From Actinomycetota bacterium (lineage in GTDB: Bacteria > Actinomycetota > Acidimicrobiia > Acidimicrobiales > CADCSY01), in NCBI GenBank assembly GCA_004366205.1, contig SIRW01000094.1, forward strand, positions 492 through 64,491: a stretch of DNA of 64,000 bases. The letters run 5' to 3'. Each line of letters opens with the position of its first letter. Within the stretch, counting starts at the first letter, position 1. A program made the position numbers and the translations under genes. Shown here one piece after another: positions 10,223-19,626 of this stretch. The notes beneath the pieces were generated by a model. That model worked only from the letters and a program-made list of their open reading frames with translations. It was not told the origin of the DNA and ran no database searches.

Positions 10223-10513
10223 TCAGGCAGAGGGCGGTGCGTCCGGGCCGCTGACGGCGCTGGTCGGCTCGATCTTCCGGCTGATCGAGCCCCGCACCAT
10301 CCGCAGCTTCACACCCGTGTCGACCTCGAGCGTGAGCGCCTCGTCGTCGATCTCGGTGATCCGACCCAGGATCCCCCCGGCCGTGACCACCCGGTCACCG
10401 GCCTGGAGCGACGCGAGGAGGTCCTGGTGCTGGCGGACGCGTCGTTGCTGCGGGCGGATGAGCAGGGCCCACATGAGCAGGAACAGCAGACCGAGCAGGA
10501 TGAGTGTCTCCAT
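10223..10513 (-). CDS. yajC: preprotein translocase subunit YajC
   Basis: METLILLGLLFLLMWALLIRPQQRR...GDRVVTAGGILGRI from the ATG at 10513. The track ORF extends further upstream without homology. Confidence 0.88.
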   Translation of the reverse strand: METLILLGLLFLLMWALLIRPQQRRVRQHQDLLASLQAGDRVVTAGGILGRITEIDDEALTLEVDTGVKLRMVRGSISRKIEPTSAVSGPDAPPSA

Positions 10514-10526
10514 GGCCCGGCCGACA

Positions 10527-11639
10527 CTACCGGGACGGGCTCGCGGCGGACCACACGGCCGCGACCTCCGCGGCCAGCGCGGCGATCCGCCCCTCGGTGA
10601 CGGCCGCGCGGGCCTGATCGACCAGCGCCAGCGTCCAGGTGAGGTTGTGCAGCGTGAGCAGGCGCGGGGCGGTGGGCTCATTCACGTTGAACAGGTGCCG
10701 CAGGTAGGCGCGGGACCAGCGGGCGCACACCTCGCAGCCGCAGGCCGGGTCGACGGGCCCGTCGTCCGCGGCGTGGGTGGCGTTGCGGAGGTTGAGGCGA
10801 CCCTCGGAGGTGAGGGCCGTGCCGTGGCGGCCGAGCCGGGTGGGCAGCACGCAGTCGAACAGGTCGACACCCAGGGCGACGGCCTCGACCAGGCCGACCG
10901 GGTCGCCCACGCCCATCAGGTAGCGGGGCTGGTCGACCGGCAGCTCGGCGAGGGCGGCGGCCAGCGCCGGGGTGGCCTCCTCTCGGCGCTCCCCCACGGA
11001 GAACCCGCCGATGCCGTAGCCGTCGAAGCCGACCTCGACGGTCCGCCGGGCGCTCTCGGCGCGCAGCGCCTCGTCGGTGCCGCCCTGGACGATCCCGAAC
11101 AGCGCCTGGCCGTCGCGCCGGTGCGCGGCGCGAGCGCGCGCCGCCCAGGCGGCGGTGCGGTCGACGGCCAGCTGGAGCACGTCGCGGGGTGCGGGCAGGG
11201 CCGGGCAGACGTCGAGCACCATCTGGATGTCGGCGCCCAGCGCCTCCTGCACGGCCACCGCGCCCTCGGGGGTGAGGCGGTGCTCGCTGCCGTCGTAGGT
11301 CGAGCGGAACACGACGCCGCCGTCGTCGACCTTCGGCTGCAGCGAGAACACCTGGTAGCCGCCGGAGTCCGTGAGCACGTGGCCGGACCAGCCCATAAAG
11401 CCGTGGAGGCCGCCCCGCTGGGCGACCGCCTCGGCCCCCGGCCGCAGCATCAGGTGGTAGGTGTTCGCCAGGACGACCTGCACCCCGAGCGCCTCCAGGT
11501 CCGACGACGCCAGCGTGCGCACCGCGCCCCGGGTCGCGACGGGCATGAAGCAGGGGGTGCGGACCACGCCTCGGGACGTGTGCAGCTCGCCGGCGCGGGC
11601 GGGCCCGTCCCTCGCCGTGACGCGCAGCGCGACGGTCAC
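10527..11639 (-). CDS. tgt: tRNA-guanine transglycosylase (queuine tRNA-ribosyltransferase)
   Basis: GTG at 11639 overlaps the queA stop (GTGA). Motifs TPCFMPVATRGAV, VLANTYHL, TDSGGYQVFS, and the zinc site CxCxxC...H (CGCEVCARWSRAYLRH). The rest of the 1165-aa track ORF is artefact. Confidence 0.93.
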   Translation of the reverse strand: MTVALRVTARDGPARAGELHTSRGVVRTPCFMPVATRGAVRTLASSDLEALGVQVVLANTYHLMLRPGAEAVAQRGGLHGFMGWSGHVLTDSGGYQVFSLQPKVDDGGVVFRSTYDGSEHRLTPEGAVAVQEALGADIQMVLDVCPALPAPRDVLQLAVDRTAAWAARARAAHRRDGQALFGIVQGGTDEALRAESARRTVEVGFDGYGIGGFSVGERREEATPALAAALAELPVDQPRYLMGVGDPVGLVEAVALGVDLFDCVLPTRLGRHGTALTSEGRLNLRNATHAADDGPVDPACGCEVCARWSRAYLRHLFNVNEPTAPRLLTLHNLTWTLALVDQARAAVTEGRIAALAAEVAAVWSAASPSR

Positions 11640-12748
11640 GGCCGGGCCTCCCGGGGCGTCGCGGGCGACGCCGGCGGCCCCGGTGGGCGCTCGAGCAGCA
11701 TGGCGTCGCCGAACGAGAGGAACCGGTACCCGGCCCGCAGCGCCTCCTCGTAGAGGGTGCGCCAGCGGGGGCCGACGAAGGCGTCGATCAAGAGCAGCAG
11801 CGTCGAGCGCGGCAGGTGGAAGTTCGTGAGGAGGGCGTCGACCACGAGGAACTCGAAGTCGCCGTGGATGAACAGGTCGGTGCGACCGGCGACCGCATCG
11901 ACGCCGGCCGGCGGCCGGGGCGCCCGGGCGGCGCTCTCGAGGGCGCGCACGACCGTCGTGCCCACGGCGACCACCCGCTGGGCGGCCGCGCAGGCGTCCA
12001 GGGTCGCGACCGGCACCCGGTAGCGCTCCTCGTGGATCGGGTGCCGGGTGGGGTCCTCCACCTCGACGGGCCGGAAGGTGTCGAGCCCGACGGCCAGGTC
12101 GACCCGGGCGAGGGCGGCCCCGGCCTCGACGCAGGCCGCCAGCACCTCGGTCGTGAGGTGCAGTCCCGCGGTCGGCGCCGCGACCGAACCGGGGGCCCTG
12201 GCGTACACGGTCTGGTAGCGCTCCGGGTCGTCGAGGGGGCGGTGCACGTACGGCGGCAGGGGCACGGTGCCGTGGGTGGCGAGCACGCCGGCGGGATCGT
12301 CCGAGAACCGCACCCGGCGCCGCCCGTCGCCGAGCACCTCCCCCACCACCACGACCGGCGGCTGGCCGGGCACCGGTGACAACGGCGTGCCCGGCGGGAC
12401 CCGCCGGCCGGGGCGCACCAGGGCGATCCACGACGCCCATCCCGACAGTGACGGACCCCGCGCCACCTCGTCGGGGTCGGGCTCGAGGAGCAGCACCTCG
12501 ACGGCGCCTCCCGTGGGCTTCACCAGCCCCAGCCGCGCGGGCAGCACCCGCGTCTCGTTCACGACCAGGAGGTCGCCGGGGCCGACGAGCTCGGGCAGGT
12601 CGGCGACGGTCCGGTGCTCCACGGGCCGGCCGGGTCCCCGATCGACGAGGAGCCGGGCGGCGTCGCGCCGCTCGACCGGCTCCTGGGCGATCGCCTGCTC
12701 GGGCAGGTCGTAGTCGATGTCGGCCAGTCGCAGGGGTCGGCCGGGCAC
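11636..12748 (-). CDS. queA: S-adenosylmethionine:tRNA ribosyltransferase-isomerase
   Basis: Homology starts at ...LADIDYDLPEQAIAQEPVERRDAARLL. I place the start at the in-frame GTG at 12748. The track start (12922) adds a P/G/R-rich stretch that does not look like protein, so the start is uncertain. Confidence 0.85.
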   Translation of the reverse strand: MPGRPLRLADIDYDLPEQAIAQEPVERRDAARLLVDRGPGRPVEHRTVADLPELVGPGDLLVVNETRVLPARLGLVKPTGGAVEVLLLEPDPDEVARGPSLSGWASWIALVRPGRRVPPGTPLSPVPGQPPVVVVGEVLGDGRRRVRFSDDPAGVLATHGTVPLPPYVHRPLDDPERYQTVYARAPGSVAAPTAGLHLTTEVLAACVEAGAALARVDLAVGLDTFRPVEVEDPTRHPIHEERYRVPVATLDACAAAQRVVAVGTTVVRALESAARAPRPPAGVDAVAGRTDLFIHGDFEFLVVDALLTNFHLPRSTLLLLIDAFVGPRWRTLYEEALRAGYRFLSFGDAMLLERPPGPPASPATPREARP

Positions 12749-13016
12749 GAACGCCGAGCGTAGGCGGCACCGACCGCAGGATCCGACCGCAAGATGCCGG
12801 GTCCGGGCCCGTTCTACCCGTAGAGCAGGCCCGCCGCCGTCGACGACCCCCGGCGGCGGCGGGCTGCGACCTCCGGACATCCCACCCTTGTCGGCAGGGA
12901 TCGCTCGATCCGTGTCGAACACCTACGAAGGGTGCGGCCGCAGGATCGGGACGAGCCGGGAGGTCGGTGTGGCGGTACGGGCGAGCGACATCACCGGGAC
13001 GCTGCCCCCGACGGGC

Positions 13017-14072
13017 ATGGTCGACATCGACGGCGACCGCGAGCTCGTCGAGCGCTTCCAGCGCGGCGACCAGGCGGCGTTCGACGAGCTCTACCGCCGG
13101 CACTACGAGCGCCTCCGCGGGTTCTGCCGCCGGCGGGTCGGTGACCCGCACACCGCCGAGGAGATCGCCCAAGAGGCGTTCGCCCGGGCGTACGTCACGC
13201 TCCCGAACCTCACCGGCGAGCGCCGGTTCTACCCCTGGCTGACCGTCGTCGCCGGCCGGTTGTGCATCGACCACCACCGGCGCCAGGCCCGCCTCCGCCC
13301 GACGAGCGACCTCGACCCCGGCACCGTCGACTACGGGGACCACGACGACCGGCTGGTGCGCGCCACCGAGCACGCCGACCTCGACCGGGCCCTGACGCGG
13401 ATCACCGACCGTCACCGTCAGGTCCTCGACCTCCGCGAGCGGCGGGGCCTCACCTACGACGAGATCGCGGATGAGCTCGAGGTCACCCACTCCACCGTCG
13501 AGACCCTCCTGCACCGGGCCCGCCGGGCGCTGCGCCGGGAGTACCTGGCCGTGTCGGGTGAGCGGCGCCTGGCCGGGCTCGGGGCGCTCGCGTGGCTGAG
13601 CCGGCGCACGGCCGACCTGCGCGCCCGGCTCGGTGACCGCCTTCCCGAGCTCGCCGCCGTGACCACACCCGTGGGCGCGGGCGCCGTGAGCGCCATGATC
13701 GCCCTCCTCCCAGGGGTGGGCGCCGAACCGCCCCACCCCGCACCGCCACCGCCCGTCGTCGTCCCGGCGGCCGCGCTGGTCCCGGAGGCCGGTTCGGTCG
13801 AACCTCCCGCCCCTGCTCCCCCACCCGGTCCCGCCCGGTCGGGCACGCCCGCCACCGCCGCCCCGGCGCACCGGGGCGGCTCCGCTCCCACCGTGGAGGC
13901 GGCCGGCACCGGCGTGTACCTCGACGGCGCCACCGAGCGCGCCGAGCAGCAGCCCGAGCGCTCCCGGCTGGGCCCCGCCGTCATCGGGCGGGACGGCTCG
14001 GGCTTCCTCGCCGACGTCGCCCACGGCGTCGACACCACCGTCCGCAAGCTCCTCGACGGAGACAAGGAGTGA
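13017..14072 (+). CDS. ECF (sigma-70 group IV) sigma factor with a ~165-aa C-terminal extension (hydrophobic segment plus Pro-rich region)
   Basis: Sigma-2 region ELVERFQRGDQAAFDELYRRHYERLRGFCRRRVGDPHTAEEIAQEAF. Sigma-4 region DRHRQVLDLRERRGLTYDEIADELEVTHSTVETLLHRARRAL. These are followed by AAVTTPVGAGAVSAMIALLPGV and PPHPAPPPPVVVP.... Start is ATG 13017 or GTG 12969. Confidence 0.8.
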   Translation: MVDIDGDRELVERFQRGDQAAFDELYRRHYERLRGFCRRRVGDPHTAEEIAQEAFARAYVTLPNLTGERRFYPWLTVVAGRLCIDHHRRQARLRPTSDLDPGTVDYGDHDDRLVRATEHADLDRALTRITDRHRQVLDLRERRGLTYDEIADELEVTHSTVETLLHRARRALRREYLAVSGERRLAGLGALAWLSRRTADLRARLGDRLPELAAVTTPVGAGAVSAMIALLPGVGAEPPHPAPPPPVVVPAAALVPEAGSVEPPAPAPPPGPARSGTPATAAPAHRGGSAPTVEAAGTGVYLDGATERAEQQPERSRLGPAVIGRDGSGFLADVAHGVDTTVRKLLDGDKE

Positions 14073-14278
14073 CCATGCGCCGCCTCCTGCTCGCCCTCCT
14101 CGCCGTCACCGCCTTGCTGGCCGGCCCGCGCGCCGGTGCCGCCGAGCTCTCGGTGCCCGCGTCCGAGCGCCACACCAACCCGTGGGTCTGTGTGGCCGTT
14201 GATCCACCCGTGGACGCCGGTGCCTGCGTGGGGAGCCCGTTCCCCACGATCTGGAGCGTCATGGACCTCGTGCTGTAG
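14069..14278 (+). CDS. small secreted protein (signal peptide, two Cys), coupled to the sigma gene
   Basis: 69 aa: MTMRRLLLALLAVTALLAGPRAGAAE then a ~45-aa mature part with WVCVAVDPPVDAGACVG. ATGA overlap with the sigma stop. No homology recognised. Confidence 0.5.
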   Translation: MTMRRLLLALLAVTALLAGPRAGAAELSVPASERHTNPWVCVAVDPPVDAGACVGSPFPTIWSVMDLVL

Positions 14279-14293
14279 CCGGGCCTCCGCCGG

Positions 14294-15337
14294 CTAGGGA
14301 CCGTCGAAGAGCCCGGGCGGCGGCACGGGACGGGCCGGCTCGACCAGGCCCAGGTGCTCCCACGCCCGGGAGGTCGCCATCCGACCGCGGGGTGTGCGCT
14401 GGAGCAGCCCGAGGCGGATCAGGTACGGCTCGTAGACGTCCTCGACGGTCTCGGGCTGCTCGGCGACGCTGATGGCGAGGGTGGTGAGGCCCACGGGCCC
14501 GCCGCCGAAGTGGCCGCAAAGCGCCGCCAGGATGGCGCGGTCGACCTTGTCCAGGCCGAGCTCGTCCACGCCGAACAGGGCGAGGCCCTCGGCGGCGATG
14601 GCGGTGGTGACGGTGCCGTCACCCCGGACCTCGGCGAAGTCGCGCACCCGCCGCAGCAGGCGGTTGGCGATGCGGGGGGTGCCGCGGGCCCGGCGGGCGA
14701 TCTCGCCGGCCCCCCCGGCGAGCGGCACCCCAAGGATGCCGGCGGCCCGCACGACGATGGCCTCGAGGTCGACGGGCTCGTAGTAGTCGAGGCGGGCGAC
14801 GAGGCCGAACCGGTCGCGCAGCGGGCCGGTGATGAGCCCGGTGCGGGTGGTGGCGCCGACGAGCGTGAACCGGGGCAGGTCGAGGCGGATCGAGCGGGCG
14901 GCCGGCCCCTTGCCGATGACGATGTCGAGCTGGAAGTCCTCCATGGCGGGGTAGAGGACCTCCTCCACGGCCCGCGAGAGCCGGTGGATCTCGTCGATGA
15001 ACAGCACGTCGCCGTCCTCGAGGTTCGTGAGGATGGCGGCCAGGTCGCCGGCGCGCTCGAGGGCCGGTCCCGACGTGACCCGCAGGCCCACCGCCAGCTC
15101 GTTGGCCACGATCCCGGCCAGGCTGGTCTTGCCGACGCCCGGCGGCCCGGCGAACAGCAGGTGATCGGCGGCCTGCCCCCGGCGGCGGGCGGCCTCGAGC
15201 ACGATCGCCAGGTGCTCCTTCAGCTCGGCCTGGCCGACGAACTCGTCCAGCGATCGGGGCCGCAGGCCGGCCTCGGCGGCCCGGTCGTCGACCTCGGCGT
15301 CGGGAGCGAGCAGCTCGTCGCGCACGGCGGTCCTCAA
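14294..15337 (-). CDS. ruvB: Holliday junction branch-migration helicase RuvB
   Basis: 347 aa with [11 protein letters not shown] and FIDEIHRL. The start codon at 15337 is TTG and overlaps the ruvA stop (TTGA). Confidence 0.95.
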   Translation of the reverse strand: MRTAVRDELLAPDAEVDDRAAEAGLRPRSLDEFVGQAELKEHLAIVLEAARRRGQAADHLLFAGPPGVGKTSLAGIVANELAVGLRVTSGPALERAGDLAAILTNLEDGDVLFIDEIHRLSRAVEEVLYPAMEDFQLDIVIGKGPAARSIRLDLPRFTLVGATTRTGLITGPLRDRFGLVARLDYYEPVDLEAIVVRAAGILGVPLAGGAGEIARRARGTPRIANRLLRRVRDFAEVRGDGTVTTAIAAEGLALFGVDELGLDKVDRAILAALCGHFGGGPVGLTTLAISVAEQPETVEDVYEPYLIRLGLLQRTPRGRMATSRAWEHLGLVEPARPVPPPGLFDGP

Positions 15338-15912
15338 CGGGTGCCGAGGCGCTGGAGCGCCTCGCGCAGAGCGGTCTGGGGGTCGGCGCCGTCGGGCAGC
15401 CCGCGTAGCGCCTCTCGCACCTCGTCGGGTTCGTAGCCGAGCTGGGCGAGGGCCTCGCGGACCTCGGCGCGGACCCCGCCGGCCGCGCCGGCGACGTCGA
15501 GCTCGGGGAGGTCGAGCCGGGCCTGGAGCTCGATGAGCAGGCGGGCGGCGGTCTTCTTGCCGACACCGGGAACCATGCAGAGCGCGTCGGCGTCGCCGTC
15601 GGCGAGGACCCGCCGCAGCGCGTCGGGTCGGTGCACGGCGAGGATCGCCATGGCGAGCGCCGGACCGACGCCGTGGGCGCCGAGCATGGCCTCGAAGCAG
15701 AGGCGCTCGTCGTGGGTGAGGAACCCGTAGAGCGTGAGGGCGTCCTCCCGCACGTGCAGGTGGGTGTGCAGCAGCACCTCGGCGCCGGGGTCGCCGGCGG
15801 CCACGAACGTCGTGGGGGTGACGACCGTGCGGTACCCGACCCCGCCCACCTCCACGACGAGCTCAGCGGGCGGCACCCGGGCGAGCACGGTGCCCCGGAC
15901 GGAGCCGATCAC
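15334..15912 (-). CDS. ruvA: Holliday junction DNA-binding protein RuvA
   Basis: [31 protein letters not shown]... from the GTG at 15912 (GTGA overlap with the ruvC stop). HhH motifs ([12 protein letters not shown]). Confidence 0.92.
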   Translation of the reverse strand: MIGSVRGTVLARVPPAELVVEVGGVGYRTVVTPTTFVAAGDPGAEVLLHTHLHVREDALTLYGFLTHDERLCFEAMLGAHGVGPALAMAILAVHRPDALRRVLADGDADALCMVPGVGKKTAARLLIELQARLDLPELDVAGAAGGVRAEVREALAQLGYEPDEVREALRGLPDGADPQTALREALQRLGTR

Positions 15913-16409
15913 CGCGCCACCCCGGCGAGCCGCTCGCGCACCGGCGCGGTCGCGTGGTGGCACAGGGCCAGGGCGAGGGCGTCGGCGGCGTCGGCGGGCT
16001 CGGGCCGGTCGGCCAGGCCGAGGACCGTCTGCACCATGCGCTGCACCTGCTGCTTGGGGGCGGCGCCGTAGCCCGCCACCGCCTGCTTCACCTCGTTGGG
16101 GGTGTACTCCACCACCGTGCACCCCGCAGCCGCCGCCGCCGCCAGGATCACGCCGCTGGCCTGGCCGACCGACATGGCCGTGCGCACGTTGACCTGGAAG
16201 AACACCCGCTCGACCGCCACCGCCACCGGCCGGAGCTCGTCGAGGAGGGCGGCGATCTCACCCTGCAGCTCGGCGAGCCGCTCGGCGAGCGGGAGTGCGG
16301 GGTCGGTGCGCACCACCCCGGCGGCGACGGCCCGCAGCTCGCCGCCGCGCCGGGCGACGCAGCCGTACCCACAGCGGGAGAGGCCGGGATCGACACCGAG
16401 CACGAACAC
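15909..16409 (-). CDS. ruvC: crossover junction endodeoxyribonuclease RuvC
   Basis: 166 aa, MFVLGVDPGLSRCGYG..., typical RuvC. Confidence 0.93.
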   Translation of the reverse strand: MFVLGVDPGLSRCGYGCVARRGGELRAVAAGVVRTDPALPLAERLAELQGEIAALLDELRPVAVAVERVFFQVNVRTAMSVGQASGVILAAAAAAGCTVVEYTPNEVKQAVAGYGAAPKQQVQRMVQTVLGLADRPEPADAADALALALCHHATAPVRERLAGVAR

Positions 16410-16486
16410 GGGTTCGGATGATAGGGCGTCGGCGCGCCGCCGCGGTGGATCCCCCGGAACGGCACCGGAGCGCCGGGCCGCTACCG

Positions 16487-17449
16487 TTGCCGCCCGTGGG
16501 CGGACCGGTCGTCGAGCTGCGCGCCGTCCGGCGCCGCTTCGGGGACGTCGTCGCCCTCGACGGCTTCGACCTCTCGGCCCCGGCCGGCTCGGTCACCGTG
16601 CTCGTCGGCCCCAACGGCGCGGGCAAGACGACCGCCCTCAGGATCGTCACCGGCGCCTTGGCGCCCGACGCCGGGGAGGTGCGCACCTTCGGGTTGGATC
16701 CCGCCGTGGATGGTGAGGAGATCCGCCGCCGGTGCGGGGTGGTGTCGGCCAAGCCCGCCCTGTACGACCGCCTCTCGGGCCGCGACAACCTCCGGTACTC
16801 GGCCCGCCTCCACGGGCTCGACCGCCACGCCGACGTCGGGTGGGCGGCTGCCCGCTTCGGCATCGAGCACGCCTTGGATCAGCTCGTGGGGGGCTACTCG
16901 ACCGGCATGAAGACCCGCCTGGCGCTCGCCCGGGCTGTGCTCCACCGGCCCGACCTGCTGCTCCTCGACGAGCCCACGTCGGGTCTCGACCCCGAGTCGG
17001 CCCACGCCGTGCTCGCGCTCATCCGCTCCATGGCGGCCGAGGGATCGACCGTCGTGCTCTGCACGCACCTGCTGCTCGAGGCCGACGGCCTCGCCGACAA
17101 CGTCGTGGTGCTGGAGGACGGCGCCGCCGCCGTGGCCGGGTCGCCCGGCGACCTGGCCCGGGCGTGGCTGCCGGACACGGTCCTGCGGGTCGACGCCGAG
17201 GACCGCGCCGTGCTCGACACGCTCGCCACCGCGCCCGGGGTGCTGGCCTACGAGCGCGACGGCGGCCCGGCCACGCTCAGCCTGGACGGCCCCGAGCGCG
17301 TGCCTGACGTCGTGGCGGCGCTCGTGGCCGCCGGGGCCCGGGTGACGCGCCTGGAACCCCGGACCCCCTCGCTCGAGGACGTCTACCTGGCCATCCGTCG
17401 CCGTCCCCGGCCGGGAGGCGATGGGACCGGCGCGGGAGCCGGGTCGTGA
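16487..17449 (+). CDS. ABC transporter ATP-binding protein (ABC-2 exporter type)
   Basis: Walker A GPNGAGKTTAL, signature YSTGMKTRLALA, Walker B LLLLDEPTSGLD. Possible in-frame starts are ATG 16418, TTG 16487 and GTG 16496. I chose 16487 to leave promoter room for the divergent ruvC. Confidence 0.85.
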   Translation: MPPVGGPVVELRAVRRRFGDVVALDGFDLSAPAGSVTVLVGPNGAGKTTALRIVTGALAPDAGEVRTFGLDPAVDGEEIRRRCGVVSAKPALYDRLSGRDNLRYSARLHGLDRHADVGWAAARFGIEHALDQLVGGYSTGMKTRLALARAVLHRPDLLLLDEPTSGLDPESAHAVLALIRSMAAEGSTVVLCTHLLLEADGLADNVVVLEDGAAAVAGSPGDLARAWLPDTVLRVDAEDRAVLDTLATAPGVLAYERDGGPATLSLDGPERVPDVVAALVAAGARVTRLEPRTPSLEDVYLAIRRRPRPGGDGTGAGAGS

Positions 17450-18297
17450 AGACCGCGCCCGCCGAGCGCAGCCTCCGGCTGGACCGGATCGTCGCCATCG
17501 CCGGCACCGACCTGCGCCAGTTGCGCCAGGCCCGGGACTTCTGGATGCCGATGGTGCTCCTGGGCGGCATCTTCTTCGTGTTCGTCCCCGCCCTGCTGCT
17601 CGGGGTGATCAGCGCCGCCGGCGAGATCGAGGCCGTCCGCCAGTTCAGCCAGACCCTCGAGGTGCTGCCCCAGGCCGCCCAGGAGCAGATCCGCGGCGAC
17701 ACCGACGCGGGCCGCACCTCCTACGCGCTCGCCGTCTACCTGTTCGCGCCGCTGGCGGTGGTGGTCCCCCTCACCATCTCGACCGCGGTGGGCGCCAGCA
17801 CGATCGTCGGCGAGCGCGAACGGGGGACCGGCGAGTTCCTGGCGCACGCCCCCGTCTCGGTGCGCGAGATCTACCTCGGCAAGCTCGCCGCCAGCCTCCT
17901 GCCGGGCTACGTCACCACGCTGGTCGGGTTCGCCGTCTACAGCGTGATCGTCAACACGATCGTGGGGCCCGAGGTCGGCGGCTGGTTCTTCCCCACCCCC
18001 GACTGGTGGCTGCTCATGTTCTGGGTCGTTCCGCCCTTCCTGGCCATCACCCTGTCGGTGGTGCTGCGGCTGTCGGCCCGGGTGCGGTCCACCGCCGCGG
18101 CCCAGCAGGCCTCGGGCCTGGTCAGCCTGCCCCTCATCCTCCTCGCCTACGGCCAGGCCACCGGCGCCCTGTTCGGCACCGGGGCCAGCGCCGTGGTCGT
18201 CGGCGCCGTCGCCTGGCTCCTCGCCGTCCTCGGCCTGGTGCGGGGCGCCTCCTCCGTCGCCCGGGCCCGCCTCCTCGGCGTCGCCGACGAGTCGTGA
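17446..18297 (+). CDS. ABC-2 family transporter permease
   Basis: 283 aa, multi-TM. The GTG start overlaps the ATPase stop (GTGA). Confidence 0.75.
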   Translation: MKTAPAERSLRLDRIVAIAGTDLRQLRQARDFWMPMVLLGGIFFVFVPALLLGVISAAGEIEAVRQFSQTLEVLPQAAQEQIRGDTDAGRTSYALAVYLFAPLAVVVPLTISTAVGASTIVGERERGTGEFLAHAPVSVREIYLGKLAASLLPGYVTTLVGFAVYSVIVNTIVGPEVGGWFFPTPDWWLLMFWVVPPFLAITLSVVLRLSARVRSTAAAQQASGLVSLPLILLAYGQATGALFGTGASAVVVGAVAWLLAVLGLVRGASSVARARLLGVADES

Positions 18298-18351
18298 CGC
18301 CGCGCCGGACCCCGGCCCTGCCACCGCCCACCTTCCCCCCGCCCCGCTTCC

Positions 18352-18401
18352 GTTCTGGGTGGCCCACGTCTCACGACAGTGAGACCACACCCACCCAGAA
18401 C
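18352..18401. repeat. 50-nt nested-hairpin repeat, copy A (REP-like)
   Basis: GTTCTGGGTGG-CCCAC-GTCTCAC-GACA-GTGAGAC-CACAC-CCACCCAGAAC. 11-bp outer stem and 7-bp inner stem. 46/50 identical to copy B at 55355 and 42/50 to copy C at 55417. Lies between convergent genes. Confidence 0.9.
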
Positions 18402-18413
18402 CGGGAATGGGGG

Positions 18414-18872
18414 TCAGCGAGCGGTGGTGGCCTCGATGGCGGCGACGAGCTCGTCGGTGCGCTTGAACGACAGGCCGGCGGTGGCGCGGTGGGCGTAGCG
18501 CACGATCCCGGCGGCGTCGACGACGAACACCGAGCGGCGGTAGAACCCGATGGGGCCGAGCACCCCGTAGGCCTCGCCCACCGCCTTGTCGGTGTCGGCC
18601 AGGAGCGGGAACGCGAAGCCCTGGGCGGCGGCGAAGGCCTCCTTGGCGGCGACGTCACCCGGCGCGATGCCCAGCACCTGGGCGCCGAGCCCGTCGAACT
18701 GGCCGATCTCCTCGGTGTAGTGCCGCAGCTGGCGGGTGCAGACCGGTGTGTCGTCGCCCGGGTAGAAGACCAGCACCACGGGCCGGCCGGCGTAGTCGGC
18801 CAGCGAGTAGTCCCGGCCACCCGTGCCGGGCAGCGTGAAGTCGGGGGCGCGCTCGCCCACCTGGACGGCCAC
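18414..18872 (-). CDS. bcp: peroxiredoxin, Bcp/AhpC-TSA family
   Basis: [16 protein letters not shown]...[18 protein letters not shown]. The GTG at 18872 lies 1 nt after the yebC stop. The longer track ORF would overlap yebC. Confidence 0.88.
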   Translation of the reverse strand: MAVQVGERAPDFTLPGTGGRDYSLADYAGRPVVLVFYPGDDTPVCTRQLRHYTEEIGQFDGLGAQVLGIAPGDVAAKEAFAAAQGFAFPLLADTDKAVGEAYGVLGPIGFYRRSVFVVDAAGIVRYAHRATAGLSFKRTDELVAAIEATTAR

Positions 18873-18873
18873 G

Positions 18874-19623
18874 TCAGCTGGCGACGGCCTGGAGGACGGC
18901 GTCGGGGATGTCGAAGTTGGCGTACACGCCCTGGACGTCGTCGTGCTCGTCGAGGGCGTCAATGAGGTTCAGGACGCGCTTGGCGTCCTCGGCGGTCTTG
19001 AGGGGCACGATGTTGGTGGGGAGCATGGTGACCTCGGCCGAGTCGAACGGGATGCCCGACGACTCGAGCGCGGCCCGCACAGCGGAGAGGTCCGACGGCT
19101 CGCACGTGACCCGCCACGTGTCCCCCTCGTCGACGAGGTCGTCGGCGCCCGCCTCGAGGGCGGCCGCCATGAGGTCGTCCTCGGCGACCGTGCGGGGAGC
19201 GATCACCACGCCCTTGCGCTCGAACTGCCAGGCGACGGCGCCGGGCTCAGCCATCGAACCGCCGTTCTTCGCAAAGATCGAGCGCACGTCCGCGCTCGTG
19301 CGGTTGCGGTTGTCGGTGAGCACCTCGACGAACACCGCCACGCCGCACGGCGCGTAGCCCTCGTAGCTCGCCGCCTCGTAGCGCACCCCCTCGAGCTCGC
19401 CGGTGCCCCGCTTGATCGCCCGCTCGATGGTGTCCAGCGGCACCGAGGCGTCGCGCGCCTTCTGGTACATGGTGCGCAGGGTGGGGTTGGCGTCGAGGTC
19501 ACCGCCGCCCTCCCGGGCGGCGACCTCGACCTGGCGGATGAGCTTGGCGAACAGCTTGCCCCGCGCCTTGTCGGCCGCCCCCTTCTTGTGCTTGATCGTC
19601 GCCCACTTGGAATGGCCCGACAT
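18874..19623 (-). CDS. yebC: YebC/PmpR family DNA-binding transcriptional regulator
   Basis: [30 protein letters not shown]..., 249 aa. Confidence 0.93.
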   Translation of the reverse strand: MSGHSKWATIKHKKGAADKARGKLFAKLIRQVEVAAREGGGDLDANPTLRTMYQKARDASVPLDTIERAIKRGTGELEGVRYEAASYEGYAPCGVAVFVEVLTDNRNRTSADVRSIFAKNGGSMAEPGAVAWQFERKGVVIAPRTVAEDDLMAAALEAGADDLVDEGDTWRVTCEPSDLSAVRAALESSGIPFDSAEVTMLPTNIVPLKTAEDAKRVLNLIDALDEHDDVQGVYANFDIPDAVLQAVAS

Positions 19624-19626
19624 GGC

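Noticed and set aside
18352-18401. tRNA or other small RNA gene in the hairpin repeats
   Set aside because: A single long nested hairpin cannot form a cloverleaf, and I see no anticodon-arm or T-arm features. Whether it is transcribed as an sRNA cannot be judged from sequence alone.
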